This document shows positions 9,979 to 19,514 of a stretch of 64,000 nt of DNA, piece after piece. This DNA comes from an uncultured Candidatus Saccharibacteria bacterium. GTDB taxonomy: Bacteria > Patescibacteriota > Saccharimonadia > UBA4664 > CAZJNH01. Location: contig CAZJNH010000004.1 in NCBI GenBank assembly GCA_964547425.1, positions 7,226-71,225 of the forward strand, written 5' to 3'. Both the position numbers and the translations under genes were made by a program. Under the pieces are notes generated by a model, which saw only the letters and a list, made by a program, of their open reading frames with translations, ran no database searches and was not told the DNA's origin. How positions within the stretch are numbered: position 1 is the stretch's first letter; each line of letters begins with the position of its first letter.

Positions 9979-10241
9979 CTTTTAAACTGAAACTCAGTTT
10001 GCCGAAGGTCGATTTCCAGCGCTACCTGGGGCCAGGAATTTCGATTCTGGTTCTGCTGGCTTTTATGTACGTGGCGTTCTTGATCCGCGGCAGCCAAAAC
10101 CCGCAGGCCGATCCGGTGTACTTAAAACAGCAGATCGACAAGTTCGACCAAACCAAGATCCAGATCAAAACCGCCCAGCTTAACGCTCTGGGCAAAACGC
10201 CGGCCTCGGTTTCGCCGGGACGCAACCCGTTTAAACCTTAG
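9975..10241 (+). CDS. Small membrane protein at the PilP position
   Basis: Single TM, C-terminal GRNPF, start overlaps pilO stop. Confidence 0.6.
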   Translation: MTFKLKLSLPKVDFQRYLGPGISILVLLAFMYVAFLIRGSQNPQADPVYLKQQIDKFDQTKIQIKTAQLNALGKTPASVSPGRNPFKP

Positions 10242-12135
10242 CCGGCTTCGCTAGATTCTTTTGCGCCCAAGTATGGTGGCGGACTATTGCCCGCGCTCCA
10301 ACGGCGCTCCACAGCTGAACCTTGTTCATCGGCCCTTCGGCCCTCGATTGGTCGTTGTAAAAGTGGGCTTTGCCGTTTTTGTGGTAGTGAAGCTCCGTCG
10401 CGCCGATTTGGTTGATGGCCGACAAACTGGCTTCGGCGGTTTTTACTAAGGTTTCTTGGAGCAGCTGGCAGGTTTTTTCGCTAAACCGACTGGACTCGAG
10501 CTGGCGGACTAGACCGGCGGTGACAAAGGCGGTTTGTTTGGTCCAGCTGACGCGGCCGTGATAATCCAGGGTGGAGTAACCGTCTTTGGCACCAACCAGC
10601 GTCGGACCGGCCGGAGTGTAAAAGTATTTTTCACTTAACAACCGGCGGCAGAAACTGTCGAGGTCAGCCTCGGTCGGTTCACCGTAAAACAGGTCGTAAG
10701 CTTCGTCTGTGTGGTTCACCTCCAGCGTGCGGTACTGCAGTTTGCCATCTTCGGATTTGATGTCGTAAAGCGCCAGCGCCATGGCGGTCTCCCCGTCCCG
10801 GTTAATAAAGCGGTAGAGGTCTTTGACCTTTGACCATTTGGCGACGAGATGGGTTAGGGTCGCTTCCGGAAAACCAAAGAACTGGGCATGCTGTTTGATC
10901 AGCTCGAGTGCCTGGGGGTAAAACACCGCGTTAACGTCGTACGGCGCGATGATCGGGTGGACCATCTTGAAGGCCCGTTCGCTGTCACGCCAGTTGCCGG
11001 CGCCGTAGTACTCTTCGCGCCGGTGGCGGCGAAACAGTTCGGGAATTTTTTTGAAGGTTATCAGGTCGTTGGCGGCGGCTTCGGATACCAGATAATGAGC
11101 TGAGCGCTTTAACCTTTCTTGGTCGTGCTCCGAGAAGTCGCTAGGCTTAATCCGCTGCAACCCCAAAATGTAGTGTGGCTCGATGTCGATCATATTGCGG
11201 ATGATGTACATTTCCTGGACCTTTTTGACCAGATCCTGCATTAGCCGGCCAAGGCGGCTTTCGCGCTCCAGCAAATCGTCGAGGCTACCAGGGAACTCAT
11301 CGGCCTGCCGGCTTTTTTCGGCCTCCAGCTCGCCGGTGATGTTTTCGTGCCAACCGATGCCGACGGGATTAACCAGCGCCAAAGCTTTGCTGTACATATA
11401 TCGCCTAACATTAAGCAGGAGGTCGCCTTCACCTAGGTCCGCGGATTCCATCCAGTCGCGAGGAAACACCGTGCCGTAGTCGAAACCGCTGGTACGGTCG
11501 TTGCGGATTAAAAAATCTATCTCCCCAGACAGCCGGTTCATCAATCCGCCGCGATCGGCCGACGAGTTCACTCGGGTTTTGGCTACCGCGTGGCTAACTT
11601 CCGGCCGCGGCGGTTTGGGGTTGTCGGTCGTCAGCTTGAAGCTGATCGGTTTAGCGGTTCGGCTTTTTAGCCAGTAGCCATGGTGTGACTGCTGGCGGTG
11701 AACCTCGACCGATTTGTCTAAAGTGATTTTAACCCCGTACCAGGTGTTTTCGTAGAACCGGCGGTAGGTTAATTCAAAACCCCGCTCGGTGGCCTCGCCG
11801 CCGACGAAGTGCGGCAAAATGGCATCCGGATGCCGCCGCATTACCTGGGCAAAGGTTGGTTTCGGTTTGCCCGGCGGCTCAATCAGCCCGCGTACTCGCA
11901 GCATCGGCCCGATAGCCGGATCGTGGAAAAAAAGTTTCGAGTGTTTGAAGCGACCGCTAATTTTGACTTCGCCGCTGGCCAGCAGTTTTACATCTTCAAC
12001 CTCAAAGTCAGCTTGGTTTAATCCAACGGTTGCAAAGTAGAGGTGGTTGTCGGGTCCGGCGATCCGCAGCTGCTCATGCTCATCGATGTCGATATAGTAG
12101 GCGGACTCTAACCAAAGATTGTCATCAATTTTCAT
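10231..12135 (-). CDS. Glycogen-debranching-like six-hairpin glycoside hydrolase
   Basis: YGTVFPRD, NWRDS, PYDVN, YHGRVSW, QLWS motifs resemble amylo-alpha-1,6-glucosidase-like enzymes. Confidence 0.6.
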   Translation of the reverse strand: MKIDDNLWLESAYYIDIDEHEQLRIAGPDNHLYFATVGLNQADFEVEDVKLLASGEVKISGRFKHSKLFFHDPAIGPMLRVRGLIEPPGKPKPTFAQVMRRHPDAILPHFVGGEATERGFELTYRRFYENTWYGVKITLDKSVEVHRQQSHHGYWLKSRTAKPISFKLTTDNPKPPRPEVSHAVAKTRVNSSADRGGLMNRLSGEIDFLIRNDRTSGFDYGTVFPRDWMESADLGEGDLLLNVRRYMYSKALALVNPVGIGWHENITGELEAEKSRQADEFPGSLDDLLERESRLGRLMQDLVKKVQEMYIIRNMIDIEPHYILGLQRIKPSDFSEHDQERLKRSAHYLVSEAAANDLITFKKIPELFRRHRREEYYGAGNWRDSERAFKMVHPIIAPYDVNAVFYPQALELIKQHAQFFGFPEATLTHLVAKWSKVKDLYRFINRDGETAMALALYDIKSEDGKLQYRTLEVNHTDEAYDLFYGEPTEADLDSFCRRLLSEKYFYTPAGPTLVGAKDGYSTLDYHGRVSWTKQTAFVTAGLVRQLESSRFSEKTCQLLQETLVKTAEASLSAINQIGATELHYHKNGKAHFYNDQSRAEGPMNKVQLWSAVGARAIVRHHTWAQKNLAKPAKV

Positions 12136-12156
12136 CGTTATACTTAGGGTAACACT

Positions 12157-12269
12157 TCAAACTCTAAGAACTAAACTCGAAGTACTGAGTAAGTTTCAAG
12201 AGCAAAGTTCAAAGACTTAAAACTTATATCTTTAATCTTACTTAGAGTTTAGAACTTAGCTCTTAGCTC
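12157..12269. repeat. Empty (MITE-like) copy of the four-helix-bundle cassette ends
   Basis: 12157-12178 is the exact reverse complement of 2709-2730; 12229-12269 resembles the reverse complement of 2251-2293. Confidence 0.75.
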
Positions 12270-13298
12270 TTACAGCAATGAGGCTTGGTCGGAGTTTTCG
12301 CTGGGGTTTTTTAAGCCGAGGTGGCTATAGGCTTTTTTGGTGACTTTGCGGCCGCGGGGGGTGCGTTCGAGAAAACCGACTTTAAGTAAGTAAGGCTCAT
12401 AGACGTCTTCGATGGTCGAGCGCTCTTCGGAGCACAATGCGGCGATGGTGTCGACACCGACCGGACCGCCGCCATGGTTTTTGATGACAGCCTCGAGCAA
12501 ATGGCGGTCAACCTCCTCTAGACCAAGCGCGTCAATTTTGAGCAAATCGAGAGCTTTACTCGCCAAATCAGCGGTAATTTTACCGTCACCCTTCACCTGG
12601 GCGTAATCCCGGGCACGGCGGAGCAGGCGGTTGCCGACGCGGGGGGTCAGGCGGGAGCGGTCGGCCAGAAGTTTGGCCGCCTCCGGTTCGATGTCGGCTT
12701 TGAGGATCCGGGCGGAGCGGCCGATGATCTTTTCGATTTCAGCCGGTTGATAATAGTTTAGTCGATGGACCATGCCGAAACGGTCGCGCAAAGGGCCGGA
12801 GATCGCCCCGGCTTGAGTTGTGGCACCGATGATGCTGAATTTTGGCAGGTCAAGGCGCAAGGACTTAGCCGAAGGGCCTTTGCCGAGCACCAGGTCGAGG
12901 CTGAAATCTTCCATCGCCGGATAGAGAATTTCCTCGACCGTTTTGGGCAAACGGTGGATTTCGTCGATGAATAAAATTTGGCCTTCCTCGATGCTGGTTA
13001 AAATCGAGGCCAGATCGCCGGCGCGCTCGATAGCGGGGCCGGAGGTAACTTTTATTGGGGTATTCATTTCGTTGGCGACGACGTGGGCGAGAGTAGTTTT
13101 ACCTAAGCCCGGTGGGCCGTACAGCAAAACGTGGTCGACCGGTTCCCCCCGTCCTTTTGCGGCAGCAATTGCCAGCTGGAGGTTGTCTTTGATGGTGTCC
13201 TGCCCAATGTAATCTTTGAAAGTATGCGGCCGCAGGGTTTCTTCGAGCTGGACCTCGCCGACTTCGATTTCTCCGGGCGTTGAGATACGCTCAATCAT
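12270..13298 (-). CDS. ruvB: Holliday junction branch migration helicase RuvB
   Basis: [27 protein letters not shown]. Confidence 0.98.
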   Translation of the reverse strand: MIERISTPGEIEVGEVQLEETLRPHTFKDYIGQDTIKDNLQLAIAAAKGRGEPVDHVLLYGPPGLGKTTLAHVVANEMNTPIKVTSGPAIERAGDLASILTSIEEGQILFIDEIHRLPKTVEEILYPAMEDFSLDLVLGKGPSAKSLRLDLPKFSIIGATTQAGAISGPLRDRFGMVHRLNYYQPAEIEKIIGRSARILKADIEPEAAKLLADRSRLTPRVGNRLLRRARDYAQVKGDGKITADLASKALDLLKIDALGLEEVDRHLLEAVIKNHGGGPVGVDTIAALCSEERSTIEDVYEPYLLKVGFLERTPRGRKVTKKAYSHLGLKNPSENSDQASLL

Positions 13299-13843
13299 TT
13301 GGCTAAGCTCCTTAGAGCCTGCTTGATCCGCTCTTTTTCGTCGGAGACCGAAGCCGGTATTGAGGATGCCGCTTCGGCGGCCTGGGAAGGTGAGTAGCCG
13401 AGACCGACTAAGGCTTGATAAGTGTCATCGGTCGCCGAAGCGCTGGGAGTCAGTTTGCCCTTTAGATCAACGATCACCCGCTCCGCGGTTTTTTTGCCAA
13501 CTCCGACTACACCGGCAAACAGCTCGGCGCTGCCGCTTTGGACCGCTTGCATCACCTTGTCCGGCGAGCCGGCTGAGAGAATCGAAAGCGCCGATTTGGG
13601 ACCAACACCACTGACGGACAACAGTTTCATAAACAGCTCCTTAGCTTCGTAACTCGAAAAGCCGAAGAGAGAGTAGGCGTCTTCTTTGATGTTTTCGTAA
13701 ATATAAAAGCTGGCGCGGTCGCCAACTTTGGTTTCCTGCCAGTCCGGTAGGGTGAGGTAAATTTCATACTCAATCGAGCCGGCTTCAACCAGGGCCACCC
13801 CCGGCAGCTTTTCGGTCACTTCCCCCTTAATCCGTCCTATCAT
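13295..13843 (-). CDS. ruvA: Holliday junction binding protein RuvA
   Basis: [32 protein letters not shown]. Confidence 0.96.
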   Translation of the reverse strand: MIGRIKGEVTEKLPGVALVEAGSIEYEIYLTLPDWQETKVGDRASFYIYENIKEDAYSLFGFSSYEAKELFMKLLSVSGVGPKSALSILSAGSPDKVMQAVQSGSAELFAGVVGVGKKTAERVIVDLKGKLTPSASATDDTYQALVGLGYSPSQAAEAASSIPASVSDEKERIKQALRSLAK

Positions 13844-13862
13844 ATGGGTTAATTATACCTGG

Positions 13863-14852
13863 TTATAGGTTCTGGCCGTAGTAGATAATGTCTTCGATTA
13901 AGTAAACGCAGCGCTGGCGGATTTGCTCGTCGCCAAGAAATACATGGTAGTTTTTGAGCTTTTGGCAGCCTACCAGTACCAGATAAAAATACAGCCGCTG
14001 TTTAATGTTAGGGTCAAATTTTTCTTCGTAAAACTCTATCAACCAATCGAAGAAACGATTGGCCTTCGAAATTTCTCGCTTACCCTCCCAAAAGTGGCCG
14101 TTGTCGTCGAGTCTGACGTGGTCGAGCATTACCCTTAAACAGGCTATGTCCTCGAGATAATCGGCGGTTTTAACCGTTTCCCAGTCAACTAAATAGACCT
14201 CGTCGGTCGCGATAATTACGTTCCCCCACCACAGGTCATTGTGAATCAGCGATTTTTGAACATCGAAACGCCGGGGATACTTTTTTAAGTAAGCCTCGGC
14301 ATTGTCTATCACTTCGGTCAAAGCCGCCGATTTTTCTGGAAGTATTTGCCCGCACATCTCAAGTACCGGCTTCCGATAACGTTTAAGCCGCTTTTCCAGC
14401 ATGGCGGGATCGGCGTGGCGGCGGCGCTTAATTTTATGCAGCTCCATTAGGTGGTCGGCTAAATGTTCACAAACCCGCGACGATAACGACTCGGAGTTGA
14501 ATTCCTGGCCAATCGGCACTTTGGTAACGATGATGTCGGTACCAAGTGAATTCTCGTAGTGGCGACTGGTTAGCGCCACTTCTGGTGGCTTGGTTAGCTT
14601 TTTCAGGTTCCTTATCTCACGCAAAAACGAGTCTGGCCTAGTATAGTTTTTTAGTACGTAATACTGATGGTTAATGAGCAGCGAAAAGACGCTTGAATGC
14701 TCCCCTCTTCCAATTAAGCCTATTGGTTGAATCGCCTCCACGGAAATGCCGCGCCTCTCAAGAATCGGAACCAGTTTGCGCTCCAGTTCTTCGAGCTGTT
14801 CGAGCTCCTTAAGGTGCTCCGTTTCTTCCTTGGTCGCCAGTTTTCTAGACAC
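13863..14852 (-). CDS. Aminoglycoside phosphotransferase / choline kinase-fold protein
   Basis: IGRGEHS P-loop, LIHNDLWWGNV, LVDWE. Confidence 0.85.
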   Translation of the reverse strand: MSRKLATKEETEHLKELEQLEELERKLVPILERRGISVEAIQPIGLIGRGEHSSVFSLLINHQYYVLKNYTRPDSFLREIRNLKKLTKPPEVALTSRHYENSLGTDIIVTKVPIGQEFNSESLSSRVCEHLADHLMELHKIKRRRHADPAMLEKRLKRYRKPVLEMCGQILPEKSAALTEVIDNAEAYLKKYPRRFDVQKSLIHNDLWWGNVIIATDEVYLVDWETVKTADYLEDIACLRVMLDHVRLDDNGHFWEGKREISKANRFFDWLIEFYEEKFDPNIKQRLYFYLVLVGCQKLKNYHVFLGDEQIRQRCVYLIEDIIYYGQNL

Positions 14853-15333
14853 GGCTTTTTACACCTTTATGGCTGTGGGCGTGGGTGATGGCGATAGCCA
14901 GGCCGTCGGCGGCGTCGTCTGGTTTGGGAATTTCCGGCAACCCAAGCATGGTTTTAACCATTTCCTGGATCTGCTTTTTGTCGGCCCGACCGTAGCCGGT
15001 GATAGCTTGCTTGACCTGAAGCGGGGTGTACTCATGGACTCCCAACCCGGCCTCGGCGGCGGTCACAATCACCACTCCCCTAGCCTGGCCGACGGTCATA
15101 GCGGTCGTGACGTTGGCGGCGAAATATAAGAGTTCAACCGCGAATTGGTCGGGTTTGAATTCTTTGATCAGTTGGGCGAGCTCTTTTTGGATCGTCAGCA
15201 ACCGACGGGGCATTTCTTCACCGGCTGGCGTCGTAATAACTCCCGCCGATACGAACTTTGCTTTGCCGACCTGCCAGTCGATTACCCCAAACCCGGTCGT
15301 CGCTGTGCCGGGATCGATGCCTAAGATTCTCAA
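14845..15333 (-). CDS. ruvC: Holliday junction resolvase RuvC
   Basis: ILGIDPG, GQARG, PDDAADGLAIA. Confidence 0.97.
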   Translation of the reverse strand: MRILGIDPGTATTGFGVIDWQVGKAKFVSAGVITTPAGEEMPRRLLTIQKELAQLIKEFKPDQFAVELLYFAANVTTAMTVGQARGVVIVTAAEAGLGVHEYTPLQVKQAITGYGRADKKQIQEMVKTMLGLPEIPKPDDAADGLAIAITHAHSHKGVKSRV

Positions 15334-16067
15334 GAAGAAACCTCGTCCATAATTTCGGGAGCGATGTCCATGTTGGAATGTGTCGCCGTCACGTCTTCCA
15401 GCTCCTCCAATGCTTCAAGCATCTTGATGGCAGAACGGGCGGTTTTGGCGTCGTCGATTTTAGCCGGTTGCTTCGGTGCCAATACAAGCTCGGGCTCTTC
15501 GACGGTGTATTTTTCGTCGAGAGCTTTTTTGACGGATTCAAAATTAGTTGGTGTAGCGTAAACCCGCACCCCATCGTCTTCTTCGAAAACGTCATCGGCG
15601 CCGGCCTCGATGGCGTCCAACTCCGCCGCTTCTATATCCGAGGATTTAACAAACATCTGCCCTTTTTGGTCGAACTGGAACGCCACCGATCCGGGCGCGC
15701 CAAGATTGCCGCCGTGTTTAGTGAACGCGCTCCTAACTTCAGAGGCGGTGCGGTTGCGGTTGTCGGTCGCAGTTTCGACCATTACGGCAACGCCGCCGGG
15801 ACCGTAGCCCTCATAGGTAATCTCTTCGATCTGTCCGCCGCCCTCGCCGGTTCCTCGCTTAATTGAACGGTCGATGTTGGCGGCCGGCATATTGGCCTCT
15901 TTGGCTTTTTGGATTGCAAGCCGCAGGCGGAAGTTTTTTTCCGGGTCACCACCATGTTTGGCTGCGACAGCAATAGCGTTCGCGAGCTTAGTCCAGGCTG
16001 CGCCTTTGCGCGAGTCGGTAATAGCTTTCTTGTGCTTGATTTGGGCCCATTTGGAGTGTCCAGCCAT
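15330..16067 (-). CDS. yebC: YebC/PmpR family protein
   Basis: MAGHSKW, YEGYGPGG, TDNRNRT. Confidence 0.97.
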   Translation of the reverse strand: MAGHSKWAQIKHKKAITDSRKGAAWTKLANAIAVAAKHGGDPEKNFRLRLAIQKAKEANMPAANIDRSIKRGTGEGGGQIEEITYEGYGPGGVAVMVETATDNRNRTASEVRSAFTKHGGNLGAPGSVAFQFDQKGQMFVKSSDIEAAELDAIEAGADDVFEEDDGVRVYATPTNFESVKKALDEKYTVEEPELVLAPKQPAKIDDAKTARSAIKMLEALEELEDVTATHSNMDIAPEIMDEVSS

Positions 16068-16142
16068 GCGAGTATTTTACCTCAGAAAACGCTCGCTCCT
16101 ATAAGGGTTAAGTTTTCATAAAGCTTACGCTAAAATAGGGGT

Positions 16143-17000
16143 GTGACTCGCAGCCAAAAACTAAACCTGATCTTTGTGGCACTGCTGGTCGTGGCCTACG
16201 TGGCCGCGTCTATTATTACTCCGAAGCAGGCCTCTAACACGTACCATTTATCTCATGCCGCCATTGCTTTGCTTACCGTCAGCATCTTGGGGCTTTGGGC
16301 TCTGACCTGTTTTTTCGGAATTTTTGCCTGGCTAAGGCTCGACCGTTACGCCAATTTGCTGGCCGGCAAGGATCAACAAGCCTTTAGCCGAATCGGTTTG
16401 GGCGTGTTGCTTCTGGCGTACGGCCTGATAATTTCGTCCCTGGCTTCGGCCGCTGCCTTACCCAAAGAACTTAGCACTTACATCAACATCGTTATACCGG
16501 TTTTGGGTTTTTGGTATTTGCGGATAGGCACCAAAAGTTTATCGGTGTCTGCTCAGGCCGCACTCAGTCTCAAGTCTAAGCTGCTAACGGTTGGCCCACC
16601 GGTACTGTTATTAGGAGTTTTTTACGTCTTCCTGGCACTTTCCAATTCGACACCTAAGGGACCTCATGGACCGCTGCTACTGATAAGCACTGCGCTGGTC
16701 ATAGCGACATGGACCCTGGGCCTGCTAGCGGCTTTAAATATCGAAAGAGCCACCCACACTAGTGAGTCAGCCATACCAGCCCGCCCGCTAGCTCTGCTTT
16801 ACAACGGAATTTTAACGATGACCGGCGGCTACATCATCCTCGACGCGCTAATATCGCTTGGCAATGACCGCATTGCGTCCCTTCCGCTGCTCGTCGTCGT
16901 GGCGCTTATTTACGCGTTTATCGCCGTGGTCGGCCTGGGCTTTTATATCGTGTCGGCTAGCGCCCGTCAGCTAATCGCCGCCAAACGGCAGAGTCACTAG
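16143..17000 (+). CDS. Polytopic membrane protein of unknown function
   Basis: About 8 hydrophobic segments; 1 nt upstream of the kinase gene. Confidence 0.75.
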   Translation: MTRSQKLNLIFVALLVVAYVAASIITPKQASNTYHLSHAAIALLTVSILGLWALTCFFGIFAWLRLDRYANLLAGKDQQAFSRIGLGVLLLAYGLIISSLASAAALPKELSTYINIVIPVLGFWYLRIGTKSLSVSAQAALSLKSKLLTVGPPVLLLGVFYVFLALSNSTPKGPHGPLLLISTALVIATWTLGLLAALNIERATHTSESAIPARPLALLYNGILTMTGGYIILDALISLGNDRIASLPLLVVVALIYAFIAVVGLGFYIVSASARQLIAAKRQSH

Positions 17001-17001
17001 C

Positions 17002-18063
17002 ATGCTGCTGATTCAAAAAATGGTGCTTACACTCCTAGCGGTAGCACTGATCCCGGTCTTTTTGGTAGCCTCACTTTTTTATTTTACTGCTCCGTCATCG
17101 TTCAAGGGGTTTGGCGACATATTCCTGGTCGCTCTCTTCATACTATCTGTAGCTATAATTTTCGTGGCGTTCTATCTGGCACGCCGGATTAACGAACCGA
17201 TCCTTGGGTTATCGGTAGCGGCCGATAAGATGCGGGATGGGGATCTTTCCGCCCGAGCCAAGGTGGGCACCAAAGACAAAGACGAGATTGGCCAGTTGGC
17301 CTCTACGTTTAACGCTATGGCCGAGAACGTTGAGCGGGTCGACGAGATGAAATCGGAGTTTGTGCTACTAGCCTCGCACCAGCTGCGAACACCGGCCACC
17401 GCGGTTAAGGGTTTCATTTCTATGTTATTAGACGGATACGCCGGCAAACTTGATGGTAAGAACCGTAAGATGCTGAAAGCGGCATTCGAGGAGAATGAGC
17501 GGCAAATCAGCGTTATCAACAGTATTTTAGACGTTGCCAGACTGGAGTCGGGTGAGCTGTCGCTGGTGAGGGAGACACAGGATATTGGCGCCATCATCGA
17601 AGCCAGTGCCGCTGGGCAAATCCCGATTTTAGCTGCCCAAGACCAGAAGATTACCGTCAAGAAACCTAAGCAGCCAGTCAAAATATCTGTCGATGGAGAG
17701 AAACTACGGTTAGTGCTCGACAACTTAATCCACAATGCCAGTAAGTACTCAGACCGGGGAAAACATATAACCATAGAGTTAAAGAGTGATGCTGGGCATG
17801 TGTATATCAGCGTAACCGACGAAGGAATTGGCATCGCCCAAGCCGATCTTCCTCGCTTATTCAAGCGATTTTCGCGGATCTCAAGCCCTCAGACGGCCGG
17901 TATCCAGGGCGCCGGGGTGGGCTTGTATTTGGCGGAGAGGCTGGTAAAAATGCATAAGGGACAGATTCACGTTCAGTCGCAACCGGGCAAGGGCACGACC
18001 TTTACGATCGAGTTGCCTAATATTAAGGAGGAGCCAAAAAATGCCGCGGATTCTAGTAGTTGA
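17002..18063 (+). CDS. HAMP-domain sensor histidine kinase
   Basis: 2 TM, HAMP (DEIGQLA), SHQLRTP H-box, N/G1/F/G2 boxes. Confidence 0.95.
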   Translation: MLLIQKMVLTLLAVALIPVFLVASLFYFTAPSSFKGFGDIFLVALFILSVAIIFVAFYLARRINEPILGLSVAADKMRDGDLSARAKVGTKDKDEIGQLASTFNAMAENVERVDEMKSEFVLLASHQLRTPATAVKGFISMLLDGYAGKLDGKNRKMLKAAFEENERQISVINSILDVARLESGELSLVRETQDIGAIIEASAAGQIPILAAQDQKITVKKPKQPVKISVDGEKLRLVLDNLIHNASKYSDRGKHITIELKSDAGHVYISVTDEGIGIAQADLPRLFKRFSRISSPQTAGIQGAGVGLYLAERLVKMHKGQIHVQSQPGKGTTFTIELPNIKEEPKNAADSSS

Positions 18064-18406
18064 GGATTACCCTAATTTGCAATTATTGTACAAAACCGTA
18101 CTTGAAGCCGAGGGTTTCGAAGTCACCTCTGCGAGCGATGGGAATGAAGCCCTGGAAAAGGTACGGGAAAATGAGCCGGATCTAATACTGCTCGACCTAT
18201 TGATGCCGCGCCAAGACGGACTGCGGTTTCTGCGGGAGTTTGATGCCAAGGAGCATCCCGAGGTTAAAGTTATAGTTTTTAGCAATATGGCTTCGCCGGA
18301 ACTATCTAAGGAAGCCACGAGGCTGGGGGCCAGCCAGTACCTGGTAAAGGCCAAGTACACTCCCAAACAGATGGCTGAGGTCATCAAAAAATCTCTAAAG
18401 TCGTAA
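18041..18406 (+). CDS. Single-domain response regulator (receiver only)
   Basis: ILVVED, LILLDLLMP, YLVK. Confidence 0.93.
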   Translation: MPRILVVEDYPNLQLLYKTVLEAEGFEVTSASDGNEALEKVRENEPDLILLDLLMPRQDGLRFLREFDAKEHPEVKVIVFSNMASPELSKEATRLGASQYLVKAKYTPKQMAEVIKKSLKS

Positions 18407-18470
18407 CCCTCCGGGTTCTCGCCTCGGTGTCCTCCCAAGAAAAATTCCGAGACAAGCTCGGAGTTTTTCT

Positions 18471-18546
18471 TGGTGGGCCGTCCGGGGCTCGAACCCGGGA
18501 CACGAAGCTTAAAAGGCTCCTGCTCTACCAACTGAGCTAACGGCCC
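18471..18546 (-). tRNA. tRNA-Lys(TTT)
   Basis: GGGCCGTTAGCTCAGTTGGTAGAGCA..CTTTTAA..GGTTCGAGCCC..CCA cloverleaf. Confidence 0.97.
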
Positions 18547-18591
18547 GCACCATAATAAGTTTAACCGAAGTATTATACCTATATCTGAACT

Positions 18592-18627
18592 AAACGAAAA
18601 CTCCCTTGATGGGAGTCTTCGTTTTTT
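18592..18627. terminator. Intrinsic terminator
   Basis: AAACGAAAACTCCC..GGGAGTCTTCGTTTTTT hairpin. Confidence 0.7.
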
Positions 18628-18632
18628 AGTGA

Positions 18633-19490
18633 CTAGTTATTGTTGTTGTTCACGAGGCCTCCTTTCTGTAGGGCGCTAATCATTCGCGTTAGCCCGATAC
18701 CTCCTCCGCAGCGCGGGAAGAATTTGAGCTGGAAGAATTCGTCCAGTTCTTTCTCGACCCGCTTTTGTCCGAACAGTCCGAAAAGCGTCTCGGCGTACTT
18801 ACCTTCGCTGATGCTGTAAAACTCTTTGTTCATTTCTTTGATGTCGGTGCTCCTTTCGGCGCTACCGATCGTTTCGTTGCCGTAAAGAATGACGTCGATT
18901 TTATAAGCATGGTCGTTCCCTTTTTTCTTCATGTTCCAAAAAGGCGAGGTCGAGCGGGGGAAGTCCCGGCAGAAGACTACCGGGCCAAAGTCGTTTTGCA
19001 TCCGGTTTTCGTGCTCATGCGTAAGCTCATCGGTCCGGTAAGACCGTTTCAGCTGATCGTAGGTTTTGTAGTAGTAGCCGGTTCGTTGGCCGAAGCCGAG
19101 GTGCTCCAACAGCGCGGTTTCGAACTCGACCAGGTCCTTGATGCCGCCTTTGAGCTCAAATTCGAACATCGGGAAGATTAATTTATGTCTTCCCGGTATA
19201 GGATTTTGTTCGTTCCGATAGCTGGTGCTAACGCAGAAGACACCGGGCAGGTCGGGCTTTGTTAATAGCTCGTACTCCAGCCACATTTGCCCCGTTTGTG
19301 GCAGCGGCCACTTTTCTCCGGCGTAGTCGTAGGTGGCAACCGTTCCCGGATCTTCGCAAGCCGCCAAGATACTGAGGCGGTCTTGAGTACTGACTTCGTA
19401 GAAGCCTCGCGCTAGGCAAAAGTCGCGCAGTTGATTAACCACCTGGCTAAAGGCCAAGCTGTCTTCGACCCCTTTGTAATTAGTTAACAT
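18633..19490 (-). CDS. Truncated Asn/Asp-tRNA synthetase paralog (catalytic domain only; archaeal-type asparagine synthetase-like)
   Basis: Class II motif 2 (SYRNE..RH..F.MFEFE) and motif 3 (GGGIGLTR); no anticodon-binding OB domain. Confidence 0.8.
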   Translation of the reverse strand: MLTNYKGVEDSLAFSQVVNQLRDFCLARGFYEVSTQDRLSILAACEDPGTVATYDYAGEKWPLPQTGQMWLEYELLTKPDLPGVFCVSTSYRNEQNPIPGRHKLIFPMFEFELKGGIKDLVEFETALLEHLGFGQRTGYYYKTYDQLKRSYRTDELTHEHENRMQNDFGPVVFCRDFPRSTSPFWNMKKKGNDHAYKIDVILYGNETIGSAERSTDIKEMNKEFYSISEGKYAETLFGLFGQKRVEKELDEFFQLKFFPRCGGGIGLTRMISALQKGGLVNNNNN

Positions 19491-19514
19491 TTTTCCTCCT
19501 TTTAGTTAATTTGG

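Noticed and set aside
12157-12269. CRISPR array
   Set aside because: Short degenerate 7-nt units in an inverted arrangement, no unique spacers and no cas genes.
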